From NCBI RefSeq assembly GCF_009914755.1, contig NC_060925.1: a DNA stretch of 64,000 bases; one strand, given 5' to 3'. The position numbers were made by a program, and so were the translations under genes. Below, in pieces: positions 1 to 13,000 of this stretch. The first letter of the stretch is position 1; each line of letters starts with the position of its first letter. The notes beneath the pieces are model-generated. The model searched no databases, was not told the DNA's origin, and saw only the letters and a list, made by a program, of their open reading frames with translations. This stretch comes from the human T2T-CHM13v2.0 reference genome, Homo sapiens.

Positions 1-529
1 CCTGCCATTTAGCCTGGCCACTGGTAGATTTGTGACTCACTTTTTTACCAGAGCTGGAGTCTTGACTTTGTCTCTCTGACTGATCAAAGCTGAAATCCTT
101 GTCTTGTCTCTCAGACTGATTGTGGTGAGAATCTCTGTCTTGTCTCTCAGGCTGACTGTGGTGGGAATCTCTGTCTTGTTTCTCAGACTGACCATGGTGG
201 GAATCTCTGTCTTGTCTCTCAGGCTGACCATGGTGGGAATCTCCGTCTTGTCTCTCAGGCTGACTGTGGTGGGAGTTCTGCCTTTCTTCCTCGTGCCTCT
301 GTCTGTGTTGTCTGCCTGTGTTTCCTGGGAACTTACAGTCTTGTGCTCCTTCCTGCCCCCTTTCTTGCTGTGAGGTCCTGCCTCCATGTGACTTATTGTC
401 TAGCTTATGATAGCAGGCTTGGACCAACTGGAACACCAACAAGAGGTACTCATGAAAATCAATATGTCCATCTCGGTCTTGATCTAAGAGGTTCAAGATG
501 GTTTCCACAGTCTCTGGGTCATTTGGTCT
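1..529 (-). CDS. RPTN: Repetin exon 3, 5' part (second EF-hand and start of Q/H/S-rich repeats); continues beyond the window start
   Basis: Acceptor AG at 531-530, then RPNDPETVETILNLLDQDRDGHIDFHEYLLLVFQLVQACYHK (canonical EF-hand DQDRDGHIDFHE), followed by SHHxQxERQDRD 12-aa repeats. Phase 0 join to exon 2. Confidence 0.96.
100..282 (-). repeat. RPTN: 36-bp (12-aa) coding tandem repeat of repetin, ~5 copies
   Basis: Recurring tctctgtcttgtctctcaggctgactgtggtgggaa with a 36-nt period. Confidence 0.9.
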
Positions 530-859
530 CTGTTAGGAGATAAAACAAAGAGCAAAATCAGATGCTGTCTTGTGCATACTAAGATGTGTATCAGTGTTCA
601 TGCCCCAATCCATTCGGTGCTGCACGGACCTTCCTAGGTTGAAAAACCATTAATCTGAAGTGGTGTGGACTTGGCGCTAGTCTTTGATCAGCTGGTTCTC
701 AGAACCTTGCTGGATCAATGGGAGCATGACCATAGGGAGTAGATACATTTATTTAAAATCATCTCCATTAGTAATTAATTTGATTCATTTCAAAGTTATC
801 CCATTCCATCACAGGCTATATCCTAGTTGTTTAGCCCCTTTTGTTTTTCACTGCACTGT

Positions 860-965
860 GAGATCCTAGAGGGAGGGGGAGCTGATTTTATTCATGTTTG
901 TATCCCTTGTGCCTAGGGGCATAGAGCAGGTGCTCAGTGACTCTTTATTGGTTGAATGAATGAAT
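860..965 (+). mobile_element. L2 3' end fragment
   Basis: gtgcctag...gcatagagcaggtgctcag...gttgaatgaatgaat, a typical L2 terminus. Confidence 0.6.
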
Positions 966-1125
966 ACATGAAAAGATGTGTGGATAGCACTAAATGAATA
1001 CATTAAAAGATGTGTGGATAGCACTAAATATAGAAATCAAAGTATGAATCTTAGGTTTTCTTCTGAGAAATTATTCCCTGTTACCTTGAAGTTATACTCT
1101 CTCCTGTTCAAATTCAGATACAAGG

Positions 1126-1127
<2 letters not shown>

Positions 1128-1169
<42 letters not shown>
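1128..1169. repeat. (GT)21 microsatellite in RPTN intron 2
   Basis: Direct read of the GT run. Confidence 0.97.
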
Positions 1170-1172
<3 letters not shown>

Positions 1173-1318
1173 CTGGGAGAGAACTACTAAGGAGCTGCCT
1201 GAAATTCCTTTTCTTACAGGGCAGAGCAAGCCCAAATAAAACAAAGCATCCAACCCTGGTGCAGGTGTCAGAGTCATTCACACTTGATCTCATGGGGCTG
1301 TGTGTCTGTGTATCTTAC

Positions 1319-1456
1319 CTGGAGGATGTCTCCAAACTCAGCCAAGAGCAGTTGTTTCAACTCTTCCTTGCATAGTAAGGCACAGTCCCCATTCCCTTTG
1401 GCATATTTGTGGAATACGTCAATCACACTGAGTATGCTATTCAGGAGTTGAGCCAT
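1319..1456 (-). CDS. RPTN: Repetin exon 2 coding part (S100 N-terminal EF-hand, 46 codons)
   Basis: ATG at 1456-1454; MAQLLNSILSVIDVFHKYAKGNGDCALLCKEELKQLLLAEFGDILQ; donor GTAAG from 1318; acceptor TTTTAG ends at 1477, so the exon is 1319-1476 with 20 nt of UTR. The 138-nt coding exon 2 is typical of SFTP genes. Confidence 0.97.
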
Positions 1457-2750
1457 TTTGACAAGTACGGGTGAACCTAAAAGAAGAAACAAGATTTCTC
1501 CTGCCGTTAGGATAATGACCACGAGACAGCATTTCCAGAGGGAAAGTGACCCCTCTGGATCTGGGAGAAAGTTTAAGAAGTGAGAGAGCCCCTTCTTAGC
1601 TGTACCCCTTCCTTGCCCTGACTCACAGTCGGGGACCAAATCTCATTGCTATAGTGGGAGATGGTGCAAACTTGGTTCCCTTGCTATAAAAAGAGACAAT
1701 TTCTTAAAAAACAAAAAATGCATTGCAGGTGTTTTACATATCCCATCCTCTACTCCAGACAGGATTCACCTGATTGAAAATCTCATATTAGAACAAAAGG
1801 AGGGGAGGCCAGGAAGCCCAATAGAGGCAGGAATAGAAGCCAGCATAGTAGGGCATAATTTTCGACTAACAACTAGCAAACTGGAGGGGGCACTAAATAG
1901 ATCCCACTGAACAGGTTTCAGTCTTGTAATGAGCCTTTCTTAAGCAAGGAAGAAGGCTGAAAGTCTCTCTTCACGGTCTAAGGAAGCTTTCTGGGAGGCT
2001 AAATTCCAGCAAATGCTTCTGGCCTGGATGGTTTTGGGACATGCTTATAAAATGAAATCAATGAATATAAAAGCTGTTACAGATAAAAATAGCAAGTGGG
2101 TACATAGCCAAATTAAGGGCACAGATTATAGGAGGTATATATAATCAGTTAGGTCCACATTGGCCATGCTGGGAGACTTGGGTCTTTTGGGATCTAAATC
2201 TCAATTACATTTTTTTTCTTGTGGAATGAAAATTCCAGTTAGTGGGTTTATAGGCCTCCAAACTGAAGCCCTATCTGCAGAGCATGTTGAATTGCCAAAA
2301 GCATACAAACAGTGATGTCTATAAGAAAATAAGTGACAAATAATGGATCACATGGGACAAGCTGAGTCCCTTGTTGTAATTCAATGCAATGAGACTTGAG
2401 CATTGCTGGGCCCATGGTCCAGAGCCTTGGCCCTAAACTATTCGGTCTTTCCTAACTTGCACAAAAAGTAAATGCTCCACTATGGGAGACTAAGCTATTC
2501 ATCAATTGTTCTAGCCCTCAGTTTTGGGATGCCTAGGACACATTGAAGTGAAGGCATTTGCATTTTACAGACACAGAAGTAGTCCACCCCAGCTATTGTC
2601 ATATTCTCAGATAGAGCCAGAAAAAGGAAGCAGAAGGTAACCAAAGCTGTTACCCACAGGAATTAAGTCTCAGACCTCCCCAGCCTGGTGCATTATAGGG
2701 CTCTTGAGAGCCTTGTAGATACTACCAATGCTCCCCTATGCATGTCTTAC

Positions 2751-2796
2751 CTGCTTGAGGAGGAAGGAGCAGAAGATTCAGGAGTCAGAGAGGATA
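2751..2796 (-). other. RPTN: RPTN non-coding exon 1 (TSS approximate)
   Basis: Donor CAG|GTAAG at 2751/2750; TATA box ~25-30 nt upstream; matches the 3-exon SFTP architecture. Confidence 0.8.
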
Positions 2797-2816
2797 CTGG
2801 GGACCTAAAAACTCAT

Positions 2817-2981
2817 CCTATTTATAGGGGTTTTAATTATCCTACCAGGCCATCCCAGGAGACACCCATTCTGTGGCAAAGCCTGAATCACTCTGGTCCC
2901 AGCCCAGCTCAGCCCAGCTTGACCTCTCCCTCTGCAAACTGTTTGGTTTATTTACTTCCCCCACTTGCTCATGAACCTGTT
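2817..2981 (-). promoter_or_regulatory. RPTN: RPTN proximal promoter: TATAAA (2826-2821), AP-1-like TGATTCA (2890-2884), GRHL-like AACCTGTT (2974-2981)
   Basis: Motifs read directly; TATA plus AP-1 is the usual arrangement in late epidermal genes. Confidence 0.75.
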
Positions 2982-4424
2982 TGTCACTACAGTAGGTGAC
3001 GCTGTTTAAGTCCCAGTCCCATTTAATTAAGAGAATGTGTGTGTATGTGTATGTATTTGTGCTGTGAGGGTCCCAAAAGACAGAGGTGTTGGCTGAGTTC
3101 ATCCTTAATATATGTCACTTGCCAATACTAATAGAGGGCAACAGTCAGCTCATACTGAAGAATGCTATCTATGTGGTCACTTACAAACATATGTCAAAGT
3201 TGGAACTAGAGATTCTATTTATTTGGCCAGAATATAGTTCCTGGAAGAGGTTTCTTTTAGACTAACCTTTTTCTTGTGCTGGTAGATATTTGGCTATTAA
3301 CCTATTAACTTATTTTGAATTACTATTATTTTTTCATTTAACAGCTCCACAGGCTAGTTGGGAGAAGTAGATACATGGTCAGTTTTGGGGATGAGGGGCT
3401 CCAATGGTGCAACTTCTACCACTTAAGCCTTCTAAGACTTACTACTAAAAAGTTTGAATTGAGGGACATCATGGAAGTTTATGATATCTGTGAGAGAGAA
3501 ATGCTGCTAGAGACCCCAGCTTCTGTTCACTTCCCATCTCCGTGCCCTTGGATGCCAGCACAGTGTCTTGAGCATGGGAAATTCTTAGTGAATATTTTTG
3601 GGGTAAAGGAATTATTGGATTATGGAAGCACTGAAGAATTGTATGTAAGGTGCAAAAAGCTGTAGACTCACCTGTATTTCTACGTTTGTCTCACATCTAG
3701 ATCCCTGTTTGGACTTTTTCCTATGTATCCATCAGCCAATCCATTATTATTAATAACACTAACTATTACTTACTATGTGTTCAGGATTCTACAAGGGAAT
3801 CACAACAGTGCAGAAAGATTTTAGTTTAGTTGGAATAAAGAAGCTTCACATAGAAAAATATTTTGAACTCCAGGGATAGGACATGCTAAGTGCTGAGTAT
3901 TAGAAACCTAGGCGCATGTGGAGTCCTCATGGCTGGGCCTGGACGTCCCTTAGGAGGTGAGCTTCATGTTGTTCCTGAAAGGATTCAGGTGGGCAGAGAA
4001 GAAAGCAAAGAACTTCTGAGTGGGGAGAAGGGAAGAATCAAAGGTACTAAGGTGAGAGTTTGGATTCGAGTGAGCTGGTAAGTCTGTGTTGAGCAGAGGG
4101 ATTTAAAAGAGCAGAGGGATTTAAAAGAGTAGACTTAGAAAATTTTGGAACTGAAAGGGAAATCTAGCCTCTTAATTTTACAGATGAGGAAACTGAGGTT
4201 CAGCTAGATTGACTGTATTTGCCAAGGGTTTCACGGGCTATGACTAAAGCCAGGCCTGGTTTACTTGTTTCCTCACTCCAGACCGATATGCTTTCTGAGA
4301 CATTCTCTGAGGCAGATTTGGGGCCTACTTTAGGGTTTATTTTAATGAGAAAGCAGAAGTAGGGTTTTGGCTAGGAAAAGTGACATAATCAAAGCATTAT
4401 TTAGAGGAAGAATCTAATGGCTCT

Positions 4425-4532
4425 GTTGTAGTTGGTCAGATGTCTCAGTTTGTCTGGCACTAAGGAGTTTCCCAGGACATGAGACTTTCAGTGGGATAAT
4501 TCTGGGCAATCTGGACCGAGTTGGTCACCCTA
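4425..4532. mobile_element. MER81-like hAT-Blackjack MITE
   Basis: Ends in gttggtcacccta (TAGGGTGACCA TIR) with an internal gactttcagtg. Confidence 0.55.
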
Positions 4533-5909
4533 AACTGTGGTGTACAAGATAAATTGGACAGAGGAGTACTGGGCAGTGAGACCAGTTAGGAGTCTATTAT
4601 ATGGCATGGGTGAGAAGTGACAAGGACTTCGACCTGGACGCAGTAGTTCAAAACTATAGGAAGGTAGATGGATAATAGCAGGGATAAAGGGATGAGGTCT
4701 GGGGACAGATTAGAAGAGGGGCAGGGAAAGTGGGAACATTAGGTGAGATTCCAAGTCTTTAAGTCTAGATAACTAGTAGAACTATGGTACACTGAAGAAA
4801 TGTAACTTCTGAAGGGGGACTGCTGGGTCTAAGATCTAGTGCTTCTATTGGCATTTCCCAGGGTCTCTGCCTTTTGTAGTCTTGTTATCATCCCTCCAGC
4901 TTGCATCCTTGGCTGTTTGGGGTCTCCCAGCACAAGTCAGGACTTTCTTAAGTCTATTCATAAATTCTGAGGGCTGGGTCACATTAAGGTTCTCCTTATA
5001 CTTTTGCATCTCTACTTAGTGCTCTTCAGTTATGTCTCTTCTCACCTGTTAGAATAAAAGACCTAGAGAAGATTTGGTTGTCCCCAGAGGCAAATAAGAG
5101 GAGTAGGGGTGGGATGGGCAGGGGTTGAAGACAATAGCCATCAGGAAACAGAACAACAATGCTGTGTCCCCTTTCTCTTGGCGTGTTCCATGGCTCTCTA
5201 GCAACTGTTTCTTTTGGTTAGACAGGCAGTTCTGTTTGTTTGATGTTGCAGTGAGAGAAAGATTATGTTCTTAAGAGTAGGATCCGCTATGTGTGCATTC
5301 ATTTAACACTTAATACACTCCGATAGAATAGGCAGAGAACTATGTTGATCAGCCAATCAGTTAATCAATTAGTATTTGTGACCATACAGAGGGCGCCCTT
5401 TTGTGGGCACTGAGATAAAATGTAGTCTTTGTCCTTAAAGAACTTTCAATGCCACTGGGATTGAAATAAAACACCTTTGAAGGAATCATGAAATGTGACC
5501 TTTGTTTCTTTATCTGTAAAAGGAGAGGGTTGGAGCTTTATTTTGGTGTTGGCATTCTGAGATTCTGTCATGCCAATCTTAAGGTTAACAGTGGCTTTAG
5601 AGGTAATATTTAAACATTGCTCTATTCAGATATTCGATAAAGGCCTCAGAATTTGTGCTTCTCAGTCTTTCTCTGTGGAAAATGGAGAAGTCAATTATGG
5701 GTATCCTGTTTCTTCATTAACATTTATAAATTTCATGAGGACCTACACTATTTTAAAAAATTATTTTTCAGTGTGTTTTGCAGCTTAAATGCAGTCATGT
5801 TGTAGTGTGACCTTTGGTCTCAAAGGCAAGATGTTTTTAAGCTACAATTTATTGAAATCTTATTGTGTGCTAGGCTCTGCATTAAGCATTTTATATATAT
5901 TATCTCCTT

Positions 5910-6257
5910 AAAAATAATTTCAATTTTTATTTCATATTCCATGGGTATATGTGAAGGTTTATTACATGGGTATACTGCTTGTCATTGAGCTTTGGGATAT
6001 GAATAATCCCATTGCCCAGATAGTGAGCATAGCACCCAATAGTTTTTCAATCGTTTCTCCCCTTCTTCCCCCTTCTAGTAGTCCCCAGTGTCTATTGTTG
6101 TCATCATTATGTTCCAGAGTACCCAATGTTTAGCTCCCACTTATATGTGAGAATATGTGGTATTTGGTTTTCTGCTCCTGTACTGATTTGCTAGGATAAT
6201 GGCCTCCAGCTGCATCTTATGCACCTGACAAAGGTCTAATATTCCAAATCTATAAAC
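5910..6257 (-). mobile_element. L1 (older L1PA/PB) 3' end with a short inverted 5' piece, inserted into a MIR (MIR ~5860-6450)
   Basis: L1 3'UTR antisense (gtttagctcccacttatatgtgagaatatg), then sense-oriented tgacaaaggtctaata; MIR sequence on both sides. Confidence 0.7.
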
Positions 6258-7759
6258 TTATTATCTTGTTTAATTCCCACAAAAACTCCATGAGGCAGAG
6301 AATATTGTCTTCATTTTTCAAACAAAGATACTGGGGCTCAGAAAAGGATAAATAACTTGCTCAAGGTCACACAACTTGCAACTGGCTGAGCTGAGGCTTG
6401 AACCCATGTCTTCCTGATTCCAAAGCCCTTGTTTGCAATCCCTATGTTATGTTGCCTCTTTTGGAACAGGACTGGTGATTACTCCCTCCCCAATGAGAGA
6501 AATAACTTTCCACATAGACTGAAGTGAGTAAGACCAGGGTAACTTCCTTATGACATACTGTGAAGGAATCTGACCTTGAAATGAGAATCTCCTGACCCTT
6601 AACCAGTCAAATATTTATTATTTTCTTATGCTTCTCCAGAACTTAGATGATTTCAACACTAAAGGACTTTGTAATCTATTTGGGGAGATAAGACAGATGC
6701 TTCTATTTACAGAAACAAAACCCACGGAGAAAAAAAATACCCTTCTCTCTTTACAATTGACAGCTCTGGGCACTGGTTTGACATGAGACTGAAGAAGTTC
6801 CACTTGTTGCACATTCCCTGCAGTTCTTGATCCTACTGTAAGCCTTTGCTGTCCATTTCTCTTAGGATGCAGATGTGCCTAGTGGGTGTGACAGGTACTG
6901 TTTTGAGCTAATAGAGTTTTCAGGGAGTCTCCTTGTCATATTTTGGCCAAATCATTAAGGATAATTATCATGAAACTCTCAGACTTCCTTTTTCCTTCTT
7001 TTGAGATGTTGGGTTTCTATTGAGATGAATCCTACAGGATCCAGAGGATGGCTATTTTATTATAAGGGAAGACCCCTGTGTAACGCTGGGGCAGGCACTT
7101 TTTTCTTGATTAGCCCTTTGGCATTAAGCAGGTGGATAAACTGCAGATGGGGCAAATGAACACCTTCCCCTGGAGAGGAGCACAACTAATTAATAGACAT
7201 AAAACTCTTTGAGATCTCTTGATATTGAAAGGTAATTTATTATCAACTGCACAAATAAGTTCCCATTTAAAAATCTTTTCTTGTAGGTGAATTACTGCCC
7301 TGTTAATTATAGGCCATTTCCCTTTTAATAACATCTGTGGGAGTCAGTGGTTTCTGAAGGTGACGCTGATATCAGCGATATTTTTACTCCGTCAGAAAAT
7401 GTGTTCTGAGCTGAAGGAAGGAAGCCTAGGTTTCCTGGGGATTGAGTGCACAGGTTTCAGCGTGGAGCTGTGCTCCCCCTCCCCAGCTTGCAGCCCAGCC
7501 TTTTCTTCTACTGTAGGCTTTTGTTTTTGGATACAAGAGCCAGCATTGCTCCTCTCCCCAACATCACAGGCCCTATCTTCCCCACGATAAAAGGAACTAG
7601 AAAATGTCAGAAATCACTGCTAACACAGCCCATGGAATTTTAGGTAATTCCTAGCACATGGTTAATAAGGCTACAGACCAAATCTGAGATCTTCAAAGTG
7701 GCTGACCATGGCAGAATTTGGATCATTCAGGTCAGGTTTCTGAGTTTCTTCTTTTACTT

Positions 7760-8350
7760 TTTGTTAAAGAGCTTTATTGAGATATAATTCACATACCATG
7801 CAATTCACCCATTTAAAGTGTACGATTCAATGTTATCTAGTATTGTTCAGCCATTGCCAAGATCCCCCTGTAAGAAATTCTGTCCCCATTAGCAGTAATC
7901 TGCCATTCTGCCCTCTTCCAGCCCCTGGCAGCCACTAATCTGTTTTCTGTCTCTATGGATTTACCTATTCTGGATATTTCATGCAAATGAAATCATATAA
8001 TATGTGGCCTTTTTTTGGACTAGCTTATTTCACATAACATAATATTTTTAAGGTTCATATATGTTGAAGCAGGTTTTAGCACTTCTTTTCCTTTAAGTCT
8101 GAATAATAGTCCATTATAAGAATAGACAATGTGTCACATTTTGCTTATCCATTCATCCATTGGTGGCCATTTGGGCTGTTTCCTCCTTTTGGCTATTTGA
8201 ATAATGCTGCTGTGAACATTCATGGACAACTTTTTGTGCGGATGTATGTTTTTAGTCCTCTGCAACTAGGCCATGCACCTAGGGGTGGAGTTGGGTCACA
8301 TGGTAACTCCGTGTTTAACTTTTTGAGGAACTGCCAAACTGTTTTGAGTT
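7760..8350 (-). mobile_element. L1M (L1MB/ME-type) 3' fragment
   Basis: ctttattgagatataattcacataccat...gtttaactttttgaggaactgccaaactgtttt. Confidence 0.8.
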
Positions 8351-9717
8351 TTTTTAAAAGAAATTTCTGGAGCAGGGTGGTTGGTTTAAAAGCCTTGACT
8401 TGAGGATACCAACAGGCTAAACCTGCCTGGCCAAGACACAGCTGGGCAGAGGCAAGGGCTGTGGAGTTGAACTGTGGCTCTGAATCTCCCAAAGGTCTTG
8501 CACAACCTTATGATCCAGCAGCTGCCAGAAAACCCACAGTAGTAGGCACCTGATAAAGGTTTGTTGACTAAAGGAATGCATATGTCTTGAGGTAAAGTGG
8601 GAGTGGAGGAAATGGGGTAGGGAAGATAGGTAAATAGCTTTGTAATCTGTGATGTTCCCATTGTATTTTAGGGATTCTTAGCAATTCCTTTGGGGTGCCA
8701 TCAGTGTTTTCAGTTCTCTCACTGCCACCCCTCCCCTGGTCAATTCCATCAGGAAGGGAAGAGGTGAATTTAGGGATGATGGTATGTGGAAGCCAATGTT
8801 CAGGCATTTGCCTGTTCCCCTTTCAAGAACAGTCAGGTCTCCTGCTGATTTTCTTTGTAGCCCTTCCTGGCCTTTCCTCACCCTGGTGCACCAGAGATCC
8901 CTTGAATTGAGACTTGGAAGCCCTGGCTTCTCTCCAGGGCCCTGAATTCACTTTCAAGTGAACTTGGGAAAGACACTTCCACATTGTGACTTTATTTCCC
9001 CCCTTATCTATAAAATGAGGAAGAGGTTTGAAGTCACAGCTGGATGAACTGGATGACTTCCGCCTCTGAAAGTCTTTGTCTCCAGAGGTCTCTCGTGCTC
9101 TGAGATTCTGTAAAAACTTGTTTCATTTCTCTCTCCCCTCGTCATCTTTATTCCTGCCATCTCTCAGGAGAGGTCCTGGTTACTATTTGCTTGGACTTTT
9201 GTGTAAGTATCAATAGATCTTCCTGCCTCTAATCTTCCTTTCTAATTTATTTTCCACACTATTCTCAGAGGAATTCTCTCTTCTCAAGAAGGGTTATCGT
9301 GTCCTTTAAGAATAAAGGGTTATAATTTTCCATAAGAATCAAGCCCCAAAACTTTAACATGCTATTCAAGGCCTTCCATGGCAAGCAGATTTTTTTCAGT
9401 GATGTATTCTTCTTTCCAACCACACTGGACTTCTTGATGTTCTCTAAGTCAACCCTCCACTTCCTGTTTCTGTTTTTATTCACTTGGCTTCTTCTTCCTG
9501 GATCCTACTCTCCCTATCTTCTATCTAAATTCTAGCCATGTAAACACATCTAAATACTTACCTTTTCTATGAAAACACTTCTGAGTCTTCCTAGTCAGAC
9601 TCTCCTCTTTCTTCCTGCATCCTCTGCAGTCATTTCATGGTGTTTATAATGCTCTATTTTGTATTCTTATAGATGGCTGGGTCTCTGCCTGTCCATCTCA
9701 CTGGACTTGAGCTCTAT

Positions 9718-10057
9718 TGTTAACAGTGGAGGGTGTCCAGGTTCTTGTCATCTTGAACAAAGAATTGGACAAAATGCACAAACAAAGCAAGGAAGGAACA
9801 AAGGGATTTATTGAAAATGAAAGAACACTCCATAGTGTGGAGCGGGCCTGAACATAGGGGCTCAAGGGCCCTGTTACAGATTTTTTGGGAGTTTAATAAC
9901 CTCTACTTGGGGTACACCCTATGTAAATGAAGAGGATGAAGTAAAGTTACAAAGTCATTTACTTGGTGTATGCACTATGGAGAGAATATTTCCTCTCATA
10001 GCTGAAGTGGGAATCGGCCTTATGTTCCCTGCCTCCAGACCACATTTTTCTTCCTCA
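9718..10057 (-). mobile_element. Solo ERV1 LTR (MER51/MER61-like)
   Basis: TG...CA termini; 4-bp TSD CTAT at 9714-9717 and 10058-10061; ggagggtgtccaggttcttg...gaacaaagaattggacaaaa; AATAAA on the minus strand. Confidence 0.8.
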
Positions 10058-13000
10058 CTATGAAGGAAAGATTTCTCCTCCTTTCTCTCTCTGTCTCCTA
10101 TAAGCTCTCTTTGTCGTCCTCAAGGTAGGTGTTCTTTAAATGTGAGACTGACTGGCTCTCTCTAGCTCCAATGCCTGTGGTAGACTGAGATTCTAAAACA
10201 TATAACTAGGCTTTTATTTCTTGTGGCTCTTTAGCACTCTCTGTTGTTGCCTATGTATAATTCTTGCCTCTGAATTAGATGACGAATTCTCTGAGGGAAG
10301 AGTCCTTGATTTCTCCTTCTGATTCTCCCATGAGCCCTGCCATAGTGCTGGGACCCCAGTAGGTGACTGAACTGGATGATGTTTCACCTCCACAAGTCCA
10401 TGCCCCCTGAGCAGTATTCTTTTGGGATTTAGAACTTATTTGCAACTTGTTGGCTCTTGGAAATAAAAAAGAATAATGTGTGAAAATTCTAGAGCCTTAC
10501 AGAGTATGGGGCAGGAAGATGGTGTTGGTAGATGAACCAGTGGTGGGCTGTGATAATTTCAGGAGGTTTGGGAGATGGCTGCTGGTATCTTGAAGAGTTT
10601 ACATGCAGAAATAACAGAGGAACTGCTTTAGTTTCTCCAGAAATATCTGGATGCTAAAGTTTCCAGGCCAAACTGAGAGGTGGGACTTGAGGCACAGCCC
10701 AAGAGCCCCAGCTGTCACCAGCAGGGAAGCTGAATGTGGTCATGTGTACCGGGAGCAGCAGGCAAGTTGAAAGCAGTGATTGGTCAGAAGCAGATTCATC
10801 AGGGCTTCTAAAGATCATCTTGCCCTGCTTCTGACCCAGGTAGGTCAGTGCCCAGTCCATTCTTTGTAGGTGTCAATTCAAAGACTCCCCAGAGGAGCAG
10901 ATGGCCCACTGTCCCCAAGAAGCTCATGCCTGTGTCTTATTCCCTTAGCTGTCAGGCATAGTAGGATGCCAGATCCAGGCATCTGGCAGGGATGAGAAAG
11001 CAGGCAGAGAGAGCAGGGAGAGAAAATCAGGTAATGCCAGGGAGCTTTCATGAGGGATTGAGTAAGGAAAGTAATCCTTCTGAGGTCTTTGCCAGTAAAG
11101 CACAGCAAGAGTAGTAGAGGCTACTAGGGGATGGTGTAAGGGCTTTGGTGGAGATTATCTGGGACTGGGGAGGGGTGCTGTCCCCAGTCCTCTGTGGTTT
11201 ATTGCCTGGTCCCATAAGTGGGGGCAGTTGATGCTTGCATAATACACCTACTTGTCATGTCCACCTAGCAAAATCTTGGTGTAGTCAAGAAACAAGAAGA
11301 TATGATCGAGGGGTTGGAAATCAAGTAAGAGTTTTCTCCACTGGTTGCCTAGTTCATTGATTCACTTATTCATTTATCTTCTTGACGAATGCTTAGTGAG
11401 GAAGATAGAACTGTTAACAGTCAAAAGGATTCTGGGAAGAGCTTATGGCAGAGCTGCAGCCACGTTGGAGTAAGAACAAAATTTCATCATCATCAATTCT
11501 TCTCACACAGTGGGACTAGCCCAGACAAGTGCTCTCTCTTCTGCTGCTCTTGCCCCTGATGCTTACACCACAGTGGCTTCACACCCTTCTGCATGCCTGA
11601 GCCATGACTTGGCTAAATTACCACACCACTTTGCCATGGGAATTCTGCCTAATCATCCTCCTTTAATCTTCAATCTCTTTATTGTGGTCACAAATGCTCC
11701 ACATGGCCCCAGTCACCCTGCAGAAAAGAAATCATCAGCTTTCTGCAGCATCAGACTTAGCAGCATCTTCCTGTCCCAAGAGAAGAGGGGATGGGAGGAT
11801 GGCATGGTTCAGGGCTTAGGGGAGGATAGGGGAGAAAAAGTGGAAGCAAAGGGAGAGGCCCAGGAAGGATTTTGTTGCGACATGTTACCTGGGCTGCACC
11901 TGCTGTATGCAAGAGAAGAGGCTGGGAGTCCCCTCTGCAGGGTGTTCATGCCCCATCTCTGTGCCACGAGGAGTTGGGCTGCTGAAGGTGAGTACAGGGA
12001 GGTTCCCTGTCATCTCAAACCTCTCAGGCTCCACAGTACTGTTTCAAGTATCCAGAGCTTTCCTGCCTTTGAAAAGCAAAAAGTTGTCTCAGGAGAGACA
12101 GTGTGATTTTTGCAAGGTCATGCAGGGTCACACAAGTTAATAGCAAAACTATAGTCAGAATTCAAACTTTCTAACACAAGCATATGACATGTATACTTGT
12201 CCCAGGACTCTATGTTCTATGTTTTCCTCTTGTCACATTTATGGATCCAGTCCAAGGCAGAGAGAACATGACTCTGAGGTCAGGCAGATCTGCATGGGAA
12301 TAGCAGTTCTTCTCAGGATTGTTGAAGAAATTAAATGAGCTCGAATATGTGAGTGCCTAGCCTAGTACCTGGCATGGGGGGTTATGCATTCAGTGTGTTG
12401 CTCTCCTTCCCTTCCAAGGTAGCCTGGCTGTTATCTCCTTTCTGGAAACTCATTGAGCATCAGAGATCTTGTCCTCCTTGGGCACACTCCTGAGTTTATT
12501 TAGGCCTACATTTATAGGATGTGTCAGGAGCTCAAGTACTTTATGAACAGAGATTAATTGCTCTTATGATTTAATGCATTGGCCACCCACACTGGTGAGA
12601 TGCTCCCTGAACTATGCTATTTGAGAAACAATGAAGGAACTTTGTGAGGCTAATAAGATTTGTGCTGTTAATTTAAGTCTTGAGGATGTGGACTACAGAG
12701 AGTATAACATTTTATAGAATTTGTTTAAAGCTACACTCTCATCTTTGCCATAACCTGGCCTTTCGTAATACATTCCCGTGGCCACCTAGCATCATGGGTA
12801 AGGCTCTCATCAAATGCTTCTTGGAGAGCAATGCATCTTGCAGAACAGGAGGTGGGAAATTTCCACAAGGGAATGACTATGAATGGGGTGGGAGAAAGAC
12901 AGGGAAGCAGGGGAAGATCATTTCCATTATTTGTTCAGTGGTGATTTTGGGTGAACATCTCTCTTTAGTCCAGAATGGGCAGGAAAATGATATGAATTGT

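Noticed and set aside
37-387. 116-aa and 89-aa repetitive ORFs
   Set aside because: Alternative-frame and antisense readings of the RPTN 36-bp repeats
1274-1639. 121-aa ORF extending repetin N- and C-terminally
   Set aside because: Reads through intron sequence; clear splice sites bound the exon at 1319-1476
4091-4126. 18-bp tandem duplication (similar one at ~52498-52532)
   Set aside because: Ordinary slippage-type micro-duplications
5380-5400. CTCF-like CATACAGAGGGCGC
   Set aside because: Three mismatches in the 5' half of the core; too weak without ChIP data
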